64,000 nucleotides of DNA from Longimicrobiales bacterium (GTDB taxonomy: Bacteria; Gemmatimonadota; Gemmatimonadetes; Longimicrobiales; Gaopeijiaceae). The notes under the pieces are model-generated. The model worked only from the letters and a program-made list of their open reading frames with translations. It searched no databases and was not told the DNA's origin. Shown piece after piece: positions 39,476 through 54,186 of the stretch (within the stretch, counting starts at the first letter, position 1; each line of letters begins with the position of its first letter). The stretch is from assembly GCA_965203485.1 (NCBI GenBank), contig OZ241892.1, positions 2,432,001 through 2,496,000 of the forward strand. Direction: 5' to 3'. The translations under genes were made by a program, and so were the position numbers.

Positions 39476-41029
39476 GTGCAACCAACCCCTCGTCGGCCGC
39501 TTTTGAACCGGGCATCGGCGTGGCTCCCGGCCGTGCTCGCCGCGACCTACGTGCTGGTGTGCTGGTCGGATCCGATCGGGCCTCACGTTTGGTCTCCCTT
39601 GGGCGAGCACATGCTCCATGGGGACAGCCCGTCGTACTTTCCCTCCTCCTCAGCGATCCGCTACCGCACGTTGGGATATCCGGCTTTCCTTCAAGCAGTT
39701 CTGATTGTCACCCAGACGCTGGAAGCCGTGCCCAGGATCCAAGTGCTCCTCCTAGCTGCTTCGGTCGTGTTCATGGGATGGGCGGTGGGCCGTGCCCTTG
39801 GGGGGCGCCCCGCGTGGACGGTGGCGCTGGTCGTCATCGTGCTTGGCCTGAGCACCGTACCCCGGTTCCATGCATACGTGCTCTCCGAAGGGCTGTTCGT
39901 GCCGTTGTCGTGCGTCGTGGCCGGACTCCTGGTCTTGTTCTTGGCCAAGCCGACGCCATGGTTGGCCACCGGCTTGGCGTCGGCCCTCGGCATTGCCGTC
40001 ACCGTACGGCCCTCGGGGCTGTTCTTTGCAGTGGCTGGGCCCTTCGTCCTCTGGCTGGTCTGGGATCGATGCAAGGGGACGAGATGGCGAATAACGGTGG
40101 CAGCGGCGCTGCCGATGATCGTCATCGTCGCCGCCGAGCAGGTCGGCCGAGGCTTCGTCGAGAACGCATCCCGAGGGACGCCGGCCGGAGCCATGCATAG
40201 GCGGATATTCAGCAAGGCGGTCATGATCAAGTCCGAGCCCGTGCTGCCCGGTCGCGTGCAACGAGACGCGCCATTGGCCGCGTTCGTCGCGGAGGCTCGC
40301 GCCAGCGCGGCTCCCCTGCGCGACCTCGTGCAGCGATCGCCGGACTGGCGCATTCGCGCCGTCCTCTTGCGCAACGCGGAGGCAGCGGGGGAATTCCCCA
40401 GATACTGGAGAGAGATCGGCTGGCGAGCTGCCGACTTGGGCGAGGTGCGCGGCAAGACCGGCGAAGCGCTGGTGGGCGAACTGGGCCGGACCATGTTGCT
40501 TTCAAGGCCGGATGAATGGGCGGCCAACGCCATCCTTCACTGGAGGGCGCTGTGGTTCTTGTACTCGATCAACGACGCCGGCCTGACCGCTCGCCATGCC
40601 TCGTTGGTGGAAGGGATGGAACACGATCCCGTATTTCAGGAAGCCGCCGTCGTCGCTCCGGTTGCCGTGCGGCCCGAAGCGCCATGGATTGTCTTCGGTG
40701 GTCGGCTGGGCGCCCTAGCATCCCTTCTCGCATCGGCAGCCGCAGTCGTGCTCTGCGTGGCGGAACGATTCCGGCTGGAACCGAGGCGCAGGGACGCCGG
40801 CTTGGCGGCCGCCGCCGCGACCAGCTTGATGGCGCACTGCTACATGTTCGGCATCGCGGTCGTGGCGCATGCTCATCTTCGCTACGCGGTCGCCATCTGG
40901 CCCTTGCAGGCAGTCTACTGCACGCTCGTGGCTCGATGGGCGGCCTGCCGGTGGACCGACCGCAGGCGGCGAACGGCCGCGAACGCTCCGCACCTGCCGA
41001 CCCCAGCTACAGCAATCAACGCGAGATAG
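39476..41029 (+). CDS. polytopic membrane protein, GT-C-like
   Basis: DSPSY..RTLGYPAFL, LSEGLF, VRP, multiple TM segments; start approximate. Confidence 0.7.
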   Translation: MQPTPRRPLLNRASAWLPAVLAATYVLVCWSDPIGPHVWSPLGEHMLHGDSPSYFPSSSAIRYRTLGYPAFLQAVLIVTQTLEAVPRIQVLLLAASVVFMGWAVGRALGGRPAWTVALVVIVLGLSTVPRFHAYVLSEGLFVPLSCVVAGLLVLFLAKPTPWLATGLASALGIAVTVRPSGLFFAVAGPFVLWLVWDRCKGTRWRITVAAALPMIVIVAAEQVGRGFVENASRGTPAGAMHRRIFSKAVMIKSEPVLPGRVQRDAPLAAFVAEARASAAPLRDLVQRSPDWRIRAVLLRNAEAAGEFPRYWREIGWRAADLGEVRGKTGEALVGELGRTMLLSRPDEWAANAILHWRALWFLYSINDAGLTARHASLVEGMEHDPVFQEAAVVAPVAVRPEAPWIVFGGRLGALASLLASAAAVVLCVAERFRLEPRRRDAGLAAAAATSLMAHCYMFGIAVVAHAHLRYAVAIWPLQAVYCTLVARWAACRWTDRRRRTAANAPHLPTPATAINAR

Positions 41030-41299
41030 GCGACGATGCCGCAGGCCACGCCGCGCCCGTCTCCCACCACGACCCCCGGCGGCCCGTTGACGACTTGACG
41101 GAACGCCGACGAGCGGCCCATCTTCCGTTCTTTCGGGTTCCGTGTTGCCCGCACCGGGAACGGTCCGCTCGCCGCCCTTTCCTGCGGCTCGGCTGGGCGG
41201 CCCCAGGCACGGCCGACCGTGCGAAACGCCGCCGCAGGAGGAGACGGGATCAATCAAATGGGCCGTTGCCACATGCAACGCGTCGGGAAGCCCTTGCCG

Positions 41300-41854
41300 A
41301 TGCCAATGACGCAACTTCGCTCTCCCAGCGTCGCAAGGCTCGTCCTCGCCGTCGGGGTCTTGGCGCCTCTGGCCGTTGCGTGCGACTTGGCCGCGCCGTC
41401 GCCGCAAACGGCGGACGCGCCGGAGGCGTCGCAGGCGCCCGCGGCCGACAAGGCGACGGCCCTCGGCGCCCCTCGGGCTCCGAGCCGCTACCTCGACCTT
41501 GGGCCGATCGTCTACGTGGACGGCATCCGGGTGGACGAGGCAACGCTGGAGACGGCAACCTTGTTGCCGCACGTGAGGCCCGAGGACATCGTGCGCATCG
41601 AAGTCGCCAAGGGCGAGGCGGCGGAGGCCATCTGGGGAGAGGAGGCCGCAAGCGGCGTGATTCAGGTGTTTACGAAGGCGTTCCAGCCGAACGACGCGAC
41701 CGGAGCGGAGGCGCATGGAGTCGAGCCGAACGGGCAATCGAATTCCGCGCGGATCGAGGGAATGCGCATCCGCATCCGCGGGACGGGCGACCCGCCTTCG
41801 GAGAGGAGCGCCGCCGTCGAGAGGGTCCGGAACGACGCCGCGCCCAAGAAGTGA
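41300..41854 (+). CDS. lipoprotein with TonB-dependent receptor plug-like motif
   Basis: Lipobox LAVAC; PIVYVDG...PEDIVRIEVAKGEAAEAIWGEEAASGVIQVFTK. Confidence 0.7.
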   Translation: MPMTQLRSPSVARLVLAVGVLAPLAVACDLAAPSPQTADAPEASQAPAADKATALGAPRAPSRYLDLGPIVYVDGIRVDEATLETATLLPHVRPEDIVRIEVAKGEAAEAIWGEEAASGVIQVFTKAFQPNDATGAEAHGVEPNGQSNSARIEGMRIRIRGTGDPPSERSAAVERVRNDAAPKK

Positions 41855-41977
41855 CTGCGGCGCCGAGACTGCGCCGCAGGCCGTCTTGGGCGACGGTTCG
41901 CCGCGAGACGGGCCGCCCTCCGGACGCGAGTGGAACGATCGCCCGCAAGTGTTCGCCCGGCCTGACGCCCTGACAGC

Positions 41978-43204
41978 TTGAAGGCGGGTCCGTCGGCCCG
42001 AGCCCGCGGCTTCGCGCGCGGCTGGTTCAGGGGGAAGCGCCTTCACGCCGAGTGGGGTCGCGAGACGGGCGGCCCCGGCCCGAGCCTAGCCGGTCTCCGC
42101 GACGGCGGAGGCCAAGCGTCCTGCTGGCCGCCGAGCGTTCTCGGCGTGCGTGCCGAGACCCGGACAGTGGGCCTCGGAGGCCGCAAGCCGGTTCGCGTCC
42201 GCTGGTATCTGCCGGCGGGGCTCGCCGACGCCGGCCCGGCCTGGCTGCTCCTTCACGGCGTGGCCGTGCAAGGCCCGGATCACCCTGGTCTAGTGCGGTT
42301 CGCCGCGGCCCTGGCGTCCGCCGGATCGGTCGTGGCCATCCCGGAGATCGCCGCCTGGAGCCGACTCGAACTTGATCCCGCGCCGGCGGACGCGGTCGTG
42401 GAGAGAACGCTCATGCACGTCTGCAACGCCCCTGAATCGTCGCCCGGAGGCGCCGTGCTCGCGGGCTTCTCGTTCGGCGCACCCCAAGTCGCGCGCCTCG
42501 CCGTGCACTTGGCTGGCACGGGACACGTGCGGGGCGTCGTCGGCTTCGGCGGCTACTGCAACCTTGCCGACGCCCTTCGCTTCGGCTTGGCGGGGACCTA
42601 CGAATGGAGGGGTCGCCGCCGGCGGGCGCGCCCGGACCCGTACGGAAGATGGGTCGTCGGAGCCAACTATCTCCATCGCACGCCCGGATTCGAGAGCGCC
42701 GGCGAGGTCTCGCGAGCGCTGCGCACGCTGGCCGCCGCGGCCGGGGCGTACGGCGTCCTCGCGTGGGAGCCCTACTACGACGGTCTGAAGAACGAGCTGG
42801 CCGGGGCGTTGCCGCGCGGGGACCGCAAGCTGTTCCGCCGCTTCGCCCCGGCCGCGGGCCACGAACCCGACCTCGGCTGGGCCGACGAGGTCGCGCCGCG
42901 CATCGCCCGGGCCGCGCGGGCCGTCCATCCCCTTCTCGTTCTGCCCGACGACCTTGCTGCCGCCCGCCTGCCCAGCGTCAGCCTCGTCCACGGCCGCGAC
43001 GACCCGCTAATCCCCTTTACCGAGAGCCTCGCGCTGAAGCGGCGCCTGCACCGACTAGGCGCCGTTCGCGTCGACACGACCGTCACGCGGCTGTTCGGTC
43101 ACGCCCGCGAGTCCGGCAACATCGCCGCCCAGCCGGTGGAGGCGCTTCGGTTCTTTCGGATGTTGCGCCGACTGATGCGGACGCCGTCGCGCCGCCAAGC
43201 CTGA
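41978..43204 (+). CDS. alpha/beta-hydrolase fold protein
   Basis: LLLHG, GFSFG nucleophile elbow, HGRDD, C-terminal H. Confidence 0.75.
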   Translation: MKAGPSARARGFARGWFRGKRLHAEWGRETGGPGPSLAGLRDGGGQASCWPPSVLGVRAETRTVGLGGRKPVRVRWYLPAGLADAGPAWLLLHGVAVQGPDHPGLVRFAAALASAGSVVAIPEIAAWSRLELDPAPADAVVERTLMHVCNAPESSPGGAVLAGFSFGAPQVARLAVHLAGTGHVRGVVGFGGYCNLADALRFGLAGTYEWRGRRRRARPDPYGRWVVGANYLHRTPGFESAGEVSRALRTLAAAAGAYGVLAWEPYYDGLKNELAGALPRGDRKLFRRFAPAAGHEPDLGWADEVAPRIARAARAVHPLLVLPDDLAAARLPSVSLVHGRDDPLIPFTESLALKRRLHRLGAVRVDTTVTRLFGHARESGNIAAQPVEALRFFRMLRRLMRTPSRRQA

Positions 43205-43265
43205 TCCGGCGGCGGCGACCGCCCCACCGGCGGAGAGCACGGCCCGTCCCGGCGAGCGTCGCGCC

Positions 43266-48658
<5,393 letters not shown>

Positions 48659-48827
48659 GGGCCGAAACCTACGAGCCCGAGCGGCCCCGGGCGAGGCGGA
48701 TCGCAGGAAGCGGCGGCTTGGCGGCCGCGACACCGGATGCGTCTGGCGGACGCCAGGATCGATCCTCAAATTCGACCGGCCGGAAGACACGCAAGGGGAG
48801 CGATCGCAGAGGAGACGGGACCGACTC

Positions 48828-50588
48828 ATGGGCAAGACCAAAGCAAGGATGGTGCGCGGACAAGGACCGCGGACGCCGACGAGACGGGGCGCCGCGGCCC
48901 GGAGTCGCGATCGAGGCGCGACGCGAGGGCGTCGGAGCGCCCAGGGGAAGCGGCGGGGAGAGGCGCCGAGGGCCGCGCTTCCAGAGGGTGCGTTCGCCCG
49001 TCGCGCCGGTCCGCTCGGCACTTTGCCGCATGGCGCGAAGGCGCGGGCCGCGTTGCTCGGGGGCGCGTTCGCCCTGTCCGCCGCGGCGCCCGGCGCCGCC
49101 CAGACGTTCCCCACGGACGATCCGGTGATCCGCGCCATCTGGGCGGAGGGCATGACCAGCCGCAGCCAGGCGGAGGCGCTGGCGCAGGCGCTCGTGGACT
49201 CCATCGGTCCCCGGCTCATGGGCTCGCCGGCGTTCGCGCGGTCGGGCGACTGGCTGGCCGCCAACTACGAGCGCTGGGGGATCGACGTGGAGCGGCAGGA
49301 CTACGGCGCCTGGACCGGGTGGGACCGCGGCGTCACGCACGTCGATCTTCTGGCGCCGCGCGTCCGCACGCTGGAGGGCATGATCCTGGCCTGGAGTCCG
49401 GGGACGGGCGGAATTCCCGTCGAAGGAGACGTCGTGGCGTTGCCCGGGCTCGGCGGTGCGGCCGGCCTCGACACTTGGCTCCCGTCGGTGGCTGGCAAGT
49501 TCGTGGCGGTGTCGTTCGCGGAGCCCACCTGCCGCGAGGACCAGTCGTGGCAGGACCACGCGACCGAGGAGACGTTCCGGCGCATGACGCGGGCACGCGA
49601 CTCGGCCCGCTCGGCGCACCAGAACGCCTACGCCCAGTTCGCGCGCAGCGGCGGCTTCGCCCGTCTGGAGGAGGCCGACGCGCTCGGCGTCCTGACGGGC
49701 CGGTGGTCGCAGGGCTGGGGAGTGGACAAGATCTTCTCGTCGCCGACCGAGCGCATCCCGTCGGTGCACCTCTCGTGCGAGGACTACTCGCTGGTGCACC
49801 GGCTGGCGTCGAACGGGCAGGGGCCGAGAATTCGCTTGGCGGCCGAGGCGGAATTCCTGGGCGACGTGCCCGCCTTCAACGTGGTGGCGCGCATTCCGGG
49901 GACGGAGCTGCCGGACGAGTACGTGCTGCTGAGCGCCCACCTGGACTCGTGGGACGGCGCGTCGGGCGCCACCGACAACGGCACCGGCACGATCATGATG
50001 CACGAAGCCATGCGCATTCTGAAGACGGCCTATCCCAACCCTCGCCGGACGATTCTGGCCGGACACTGGGGAGGAGAAGAGCAAGGGCTCATCGGCTCGA
50101 CGGCCTTCGCCGCCGACAATCCGGGCGTCGTGGACGGCCTTCAGGCCGCGTTCAACCAGGACAACGGCACGTGGCGGATCGACTACATCCGAATGCAGGG
50201 CTTCCTGGGCGCGGGCAAGCACTTCGCGCGCTGGTTCGAGCAGATGCCGCCGGAGATCACCGGTCACATCGAACTCGACGTGCCGGGCGTGCCGGAGCGC
50301 GGCGGGTCCGACCACATGTCGTTCGTCTGCAAGCCCGCGCCTGGATTCCGCCTGCAGTCGAACTACCCCGACTACCGCCAGTACACGTGGCACACCAACC
50401 GGGACACGTTCGACAAGATCGTCTTCGACGACCTGCGCAACAACGCGACGCTAGCCGCCATGCTCGCCTATGGCGCTTCCGAAGACCCCGAGCGCGTGCG
50501 GGTCGTGCCGCGCGTCCTGCCCGCCGACGAGCGGACCGGACGTCCGGGAGCGTGGCCGCAGTGCCGTCCACCCCGCAGGAGCCGGTAG
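48828..50588 (+). CDS. M28-family peptidase (carboxypeptidase Q-like)
   Basis: DSIGPRL.GS, SAHLDSWD..GATDNGTG, GEEQGL, SDH, WHTNRDT; true start may be further downstream. Confidence 0.9.
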   Translation: MGKTKARMVRGQGPRTPTRRGAAARSRDRGATRGRRSAQGKRRGEAPRAALPEGAFARRAGPLGTLPHGAKARAALLGGAFALSAAAPGAAQTFPTDDPVIRAIWAEGMTSRSQAEALAQALVDSIGPRLMGSPAFARSGDWLAANYERWGIDVERQDYGAWTGWDRGVTHVDLLAPRVRTLEGMILAWSPGTGGIPVEGDVVALPGLGGAAGLDTWLPSVAGKFVAVSFAEPTCREDQSWQDHATEETFRRMTRARDSARSAHQNAYAQFARSGGFARLEEADALGVLTGRWSQGWGVDKIFSSPTERIPSVHLSCEDYSLVHRLASNGQGPRIRLAAEAEFLGDVPAFNVVARIPGTELPDEYVLLSAHLDSWDGASGATDNGTGTIMMHEAMRILKTAYPNPRRTILAGHWGGEEQGLIGSTAFAADNPGVVDGLQAAFNQDNGTWRIDYIRMQGFLGAGKHFARWFEQMPPEITGHIELDVPGVPERGGSDHMSFVCKPAPGFRLQSNYPDYRQYTWHTNRDTFDKIVFDDLRNNATLAAMLAYGASEDPERVRVVPRVLPADERTGRPGAWPQCRPPRRSR

Positions 50589-50724
50589 CGGCCATGCCGC
50601 GCCGACGAGAAGCGCGGCGCAGCAACCAGCGTGGCGGCCGCCGCCGCCGAGAGCGCGAAGCTGGAGCCTGGAGCGGAACGATCGCGCGGTCGTGGCGACG
50701 AGCGGCGCCGACGGCCGCGCGCCC

Positions 50725-51273
50725 CTACGGAAGCCCTTGCGTCCGCAACGTCAAGCTTCCCGCCCCGTCCAGGGTCAGCAGGGCGACGTCGCCCACGGCG
50801 AGGTCGATCTCGCCGTCCCATGCGTAGCGCGCGACGACGCCGTCGCCGGGCTCCGCGTCCGCCGCCAGCACGGCCTCGAAGCGCACCGAAAGGGCCATGC
50901 GCCCCGGCTTGGCGGGCAAGTCGCGGAACACGTAGACGGGGCGGTCGCTCCGCACGCCCTTCGGAAACACGGTGTCGCGGACGACGGGGCGGCCGTCGAC
51001 AGCCACGTCCAACGCGAAGGGCGCCAGGGTTCGCGTGCATTCTTGTGGATTCCGCATGTGAACGGGCAGGGCCGCCAGCTCTTCGTCGGTGCGAGTCCGG
51101 CATGCCTCGACGGGCACGCCCGCAATTCGCCACGATAGGCGAATCAGGGCGCCGCCGCCGCCAAAGTCGGTCGGCACGCGGGAAAGCCAAGCGACGCCGC
51201 CGGTCATCGCAATGGCCAGAAGGGCGGCCGCGGCCCGGCGAACGATCAAGGCGAAGTCTCCTGCGTCTCGCAT
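50725..51273 (-). CDS. membrane-anchored hypothetical protein with Cys pair
   Basis: N-terminal TM, then LIRLSWR..EACR...HMRNPQECTR; overlaps the end of the cytochrome b fusion gene. Confidence 0.7.
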   Translation of the reverse strand: MRDAGDFALIVRRAAAALLAIAMTGGVAWLSRVPTDFGGGGALIRLSWRIAGVPVEACRTRTDEELAALPVHMRNPQECTRTLAPFALDVAVDGRPVVRDTVFPKGVRSDRPVYVFRDLPAKPGRMALSVRFEAVLAADAEPGDGVVARYAWDGEIDLAVGDVALLTLDGAGSLTLRTQGLP

Positions 51274-52889
51274 TCCGCGCCCACGGCGAAGTCCCGTTCC
51301 GCGAGCGCCGCCTCCAGCGCCGACATCTGGGCCCGAAACCGCTCCACCTCGTCCCGCAGCACGCCGGCTTCGCCCGCGCCGGCGTAGACCACGTCGATCC
51401 GCCTGCGGTCCACGCGGTCCTGCAACTCGGCTTCGCGCCCATTGTGGATGCGCTCGTTGAACCACTTGACGCCCTCGCGGCTTCGGCAGTCCCTCGGAGG
51501 GCAGGCCGCCACGACTACGCCTCCAACGCCTGCCCGAACCAAGTACTCGATCACGGACGTGTGGAGGTTCCCCACGCACCCGACCGGAAAGACCTTCGCG
51601 AAGCCCGCCGGCCGGCGCTCCGGCGGTCCCTTCCCGCGGGCGGACGCCGCGCCGCCGATGCGGCCGGCCGCTCCGTGCATGCATCCCACCATCACCACGT
51701 CGCCCGGGCCGGGCCGCGCTTCGGCCAGGAACTCCTGCACTCGGCCCAGCTGGTCGCGCCCCGTGCGACCCGGCGGTCCCACGCCCATGGGCGCGCACGA
51801 TCCGGCGCAGACGCCGCAGCTCACGCACTTGGCCGGATCGACCCAGCCGACCAGGCCGTCCCGCCCGTCGTCCCGCTCGACCATGGCGACGGCCTCGTAG
51901 GGACAGTCCTGGAAGCACTGCTCGCAACCCGTGCAGTAGCGCGGGTTCACCCACGACGGGGGCGGCGCCTTCTCCGCGCGCGGCTTGGTCAACACCGGAA
52001 CCAGAAGAGCCGCGGCGACCATTGAACCGCCCGCGACCCAGATCCAGCCGGCCGCCGCCGCTCGGGCCGCGGGCAACCAGAAGCCGTAGACCCAGTCCAC
52101 CGGCGCCGCTGGGGGGAGCTTCAGCAGGTCGGCTTCGGGACCCAGCGGGGGCGGCCACGCCACGGCCGTCATCGCAAGGAGGCCGACCGTGCCCCACAAC
52201 AGCGGTTTGGGCGGAAGCAGCTGCGCCCGGGCCAGCCGCGACACGTGCACCCAGAGAAAGAGGGCGATCCCCACGGGCAGGGCGATATGGGCGAACAGGT
52301 TCATGAAGAAGAAGGCGTTCGGCACGGGAGCTTCGCCCGTGAACGCGCGGCCCAGCGGTTCGGAGAAGACGGGCAGCGCGTCCAGGAGACGGGCTCCTTC
52401 AACCGCGAGGACTTGGCCGTGAACGTCCCAAGCCATGACGTATCCGGTCCATCCGCACACGAAGAGAATGCCGAGGAGCATGCCCCCCGAGACCCAGGCC
52501 AGCGCCCGCGGGCCCCACGTGCGGCGCTGAACCAGCATCCGAAGGCCGTGGAGGACCGCCGCCAGGACCGCCAAGGCCGACGCGTAGCGGTGCAATCCGC
52601 GAATCCAGCGCCCGCCCCACCACTGGGAGTCGATGGCCGCCACCGACTCGTAGGGCGCGCCGACCCGGTAGAAGAGGAGGAGGTACACGCCCGTCGCTAG
52701 GAGGACGACGAAGCAGGCCACCACCAGCGCGCCGGAGTGGTAGAGCGGGTTGAAGCGCCACGTGTAGAGCGCGTTGAACGCCGCGTCGAGGCGGGACAGC
52801 GCTCGAACGCCCAAATTCCCTGCCGCCTGCAGACTCCCCGCGGGCCGCCTGCCGAGGCGCCCGCCTTGCGTCCCTTCGCGGTTGGTCAT
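51246..52889 (-). CDS. cytochrome b (b/b6 N-terminal fold) - 2x[4Fe-4S] ferredoxin - MvhD/FlpD-like [2Fe-2S] fusion
   Basis: Two His pairs 14 residues apart (GLHRY..LHG; AHIA..VHV); CTGCEQCFQDCP and CVSCGVCAGSC; VGC..PVGCVG..ACPPRDC. Confidence 0.85.
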   Translation of the reverse strand: MTNREGTQGGRLGRRPAGSLQAAGNLGVRALSRLDAAFNALYTWRFNPLYHSGALVVACFVVLLATGVYLLLFYRVGAPYESVAAIDSQWWGGRWIRGLHRYASALAVLAAVLHGLRMLVQRRTWGPRALAWVSGGMLLGILFVCGWTGYVMAWDVHGQVLAVEGARLLDALPVFSEPLGRAFTGEAPVPNAFFFMNLFAHIALPVGIALFLWVHVSRLARAQLLPPKPLLWGTVGLLAMTAVAWPPPLGPEADLLKLPPAAPVDWVYGFWLPAARAAAAGWIWVAGGSMVAAALLVPVLTKPRAEKAPPPSWVNPRYCTGCEQCFQDCPYEAVAMVERDDGRDGLVGWVDPAKCVSCGVCAGSCAPMGVGPPGRTGRDQLGRVQEFLAEARPGPGDVVMVGCMHGAAGRIGGAASARGKGPPERRPAGFAKVFPVGCVGNLHTSVIEYLVRAGVGGVVVAACPPRDCRSREGVKWFNERIHNGREAELQDRVDRRRIDVVYAGAGEAGVLRDEVERFRAQMSALEAALAERDFAVGAECETQETSP

Positions 52890-52903
52890 ATTATCATGAT
52901 AAT
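52890..52903. promoter_or_regulatory. perfect 14-bp palindrome, candidate Rrf2 operator
   Basis: ATTATCATGATAAT in the 38-bp gap between divergent starts 52889 and 52928. Confidence 0.6.
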
Positions 52904-52927
52904 CAGACGAAAATCGATGGCAACCCC

Positions 52928-53368
52928 ATGATCCTCTCGCAGACCGCAGTGTACGCCCTTCGAGCGATGCTTCACTTGGCCGAGCGCCCGAACGACCACC
53001 CGGTGCGCGTGGACGACATCGCGTCCGCGCTGGACGTTCCGCGCAACTACCTGTCCAAGATCCTTCACGTCCTGGCCCGGCGCGGCCTGCTCCGGTCCGC
53101 AAGGGGGCCCGGCGGCGGATTCAGCCTGGCCCGTTCGCCCGGCCGCACGACGCTGCTGGAAGTGGCCGGCCACTTCGACGACATGAACCGCGAGCGTTGC
53201 CTGCTGGGCCGCCCCGAGTGCAAGGACGACGACCCGTGCCCGGCGCACGGGCAATGGAAGGACGTCGCCGCCGCTCTGCATGCGTTCTTCCGCAAGACGA
53301 CCATCGCCGATCTAGCCCGCCGCGGGACGCCGACTCGCCCGCGCCACCAACCGGAGGCCGACTCGTGA
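52928..53368 (+). CDS. Rrf2-family transcriptional regulator (3 Cys)
   Basis: YALRAM..IA..VPRNYLSKIL..SARGPGGGF; C-x6-C-x5-C. Confidence 0.93.
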   Translation: MILSQTAVYALRAMLHLAERPNDHPVRVDDIASALDVPRNYLSKILHVLARRGLLRSARGPGGGFSLARSPGRTTLLEVAGHFDDMNRERCLLGRPECKDDDPCPAHGQWKDVAAALHAFFRKTTIADLARRGTPTRPRHQPEADS

Positions 53369-53544
53369 CCGACCAAGACCGCACCGCCCCAAGGGCGCCG
53401 GACCCCGCCGACGTTCCGTTCTTCCAGCGACTGTACGACCGGCCCTTTCTGCTGCTGGCGCTGGGCTTGGCCGTCATGCTGGTCCTGTTCACCGCTTGGG
53501 GGCTGTGGGAGGTGCTGACGCTCCCCCAGGCCACCTTGCCGTAA
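53365..53544 (+). CDS. single-TM small subunit (subunit IIa-like)
   Basis: GTGA overlap; QRLYDRPFLLLALGLAVMLVLFTAWGLWEV; lies directly before subunit II. Confidence 0.7.
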   Translation: MTDQDRTAPRAPDPADVPFFQRLYDRPFLLLALGLAVMLVLFTAWGLWEVLTLPQATLP

Positions 53545-53559
53545 CGAGAAGGACGCAGA

Positions 53560-54186
53560 ATGTACCAAACAGGCATCACTCCCCCGCAAGGCGTCTGGTG
53601 GAAGCCGGCGCACAAGTCCGAGAAGGCATGGGCCACCGTGGCCTTCGTGTGGTGCATGGTGCTCTTCGCCATGATGCCGGTCTGGCACCTTCGCGGAGGA
53701 CAGAATCCATCGGGAATTCGAGCCAAGGTGGAACCGGCCGCCTTCCAAACCAGGGTCCAGGAGTTCATCCGCGACTATCAGGTAGGCACCGACAGAGGCT
53801 TTCCGGTCGTGGCGCCGCCGCCGGGAAGCGACGTGTACATGATTGGCCAGATGTGGTCGTGGCTACCGGTGGTGCAGCTCGAGAAGGACGCCGAATACAC
53901 GTTGCACCTGTCGTCGCTGGACGTGAACCACGGCTTCAACCTGTATCCGTTCAACGTCAACTTCCAGGTGGTTCCGGGATACGACTACGGCCTTCGCATC
54001 GTGCCGACCGAAGCCGGCGAATACGGCGTCGTATGCAACGAATTCTGCGGAGTCGGCCATCACTTGATGGTGGGCAAGGTGATCGTCACGGACCCGGAGA
54101 GCGACGGCGACGCGGGCAGGCCCGGCGACGGAGGGACGAACGGGGCGTCCCAGTCGGCCGCCGAGGGGGAGGCGGGCGCGCGATGA
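53560..54186 (+). CDS. heme-copper oxidoreductase subunit II with CuA
   Basis: One TM; DVNHGF; CNEFCGVGHHLM. Confidence 0.92.
   Translation: MYQTGITPPQGVWWKPAHKSEKAWATVAFVWCMVLFAMMPVWHLRGGQNPSGIRAKVEPAAFQTRVQEFIRDYQVGTDRGFPVVAPPPGSDVYMIGQMWSWLPVVQLEKDAEYTLHLSSLDVNHGFNLYPFNVNFQVVPGYDYGLRIVPTEAGEYGVVCNEFCGVGHHLMVGKVIVTDPESDGDAGRPGDGGTNGASQSAAEGEAGAR

Noticed and set aside
50725..52197. 490-aa ORF
   Set aside because: Only the last ~182 codons (from 51273) look like protein; the rest is off-frame to the cytochrome b fusion.
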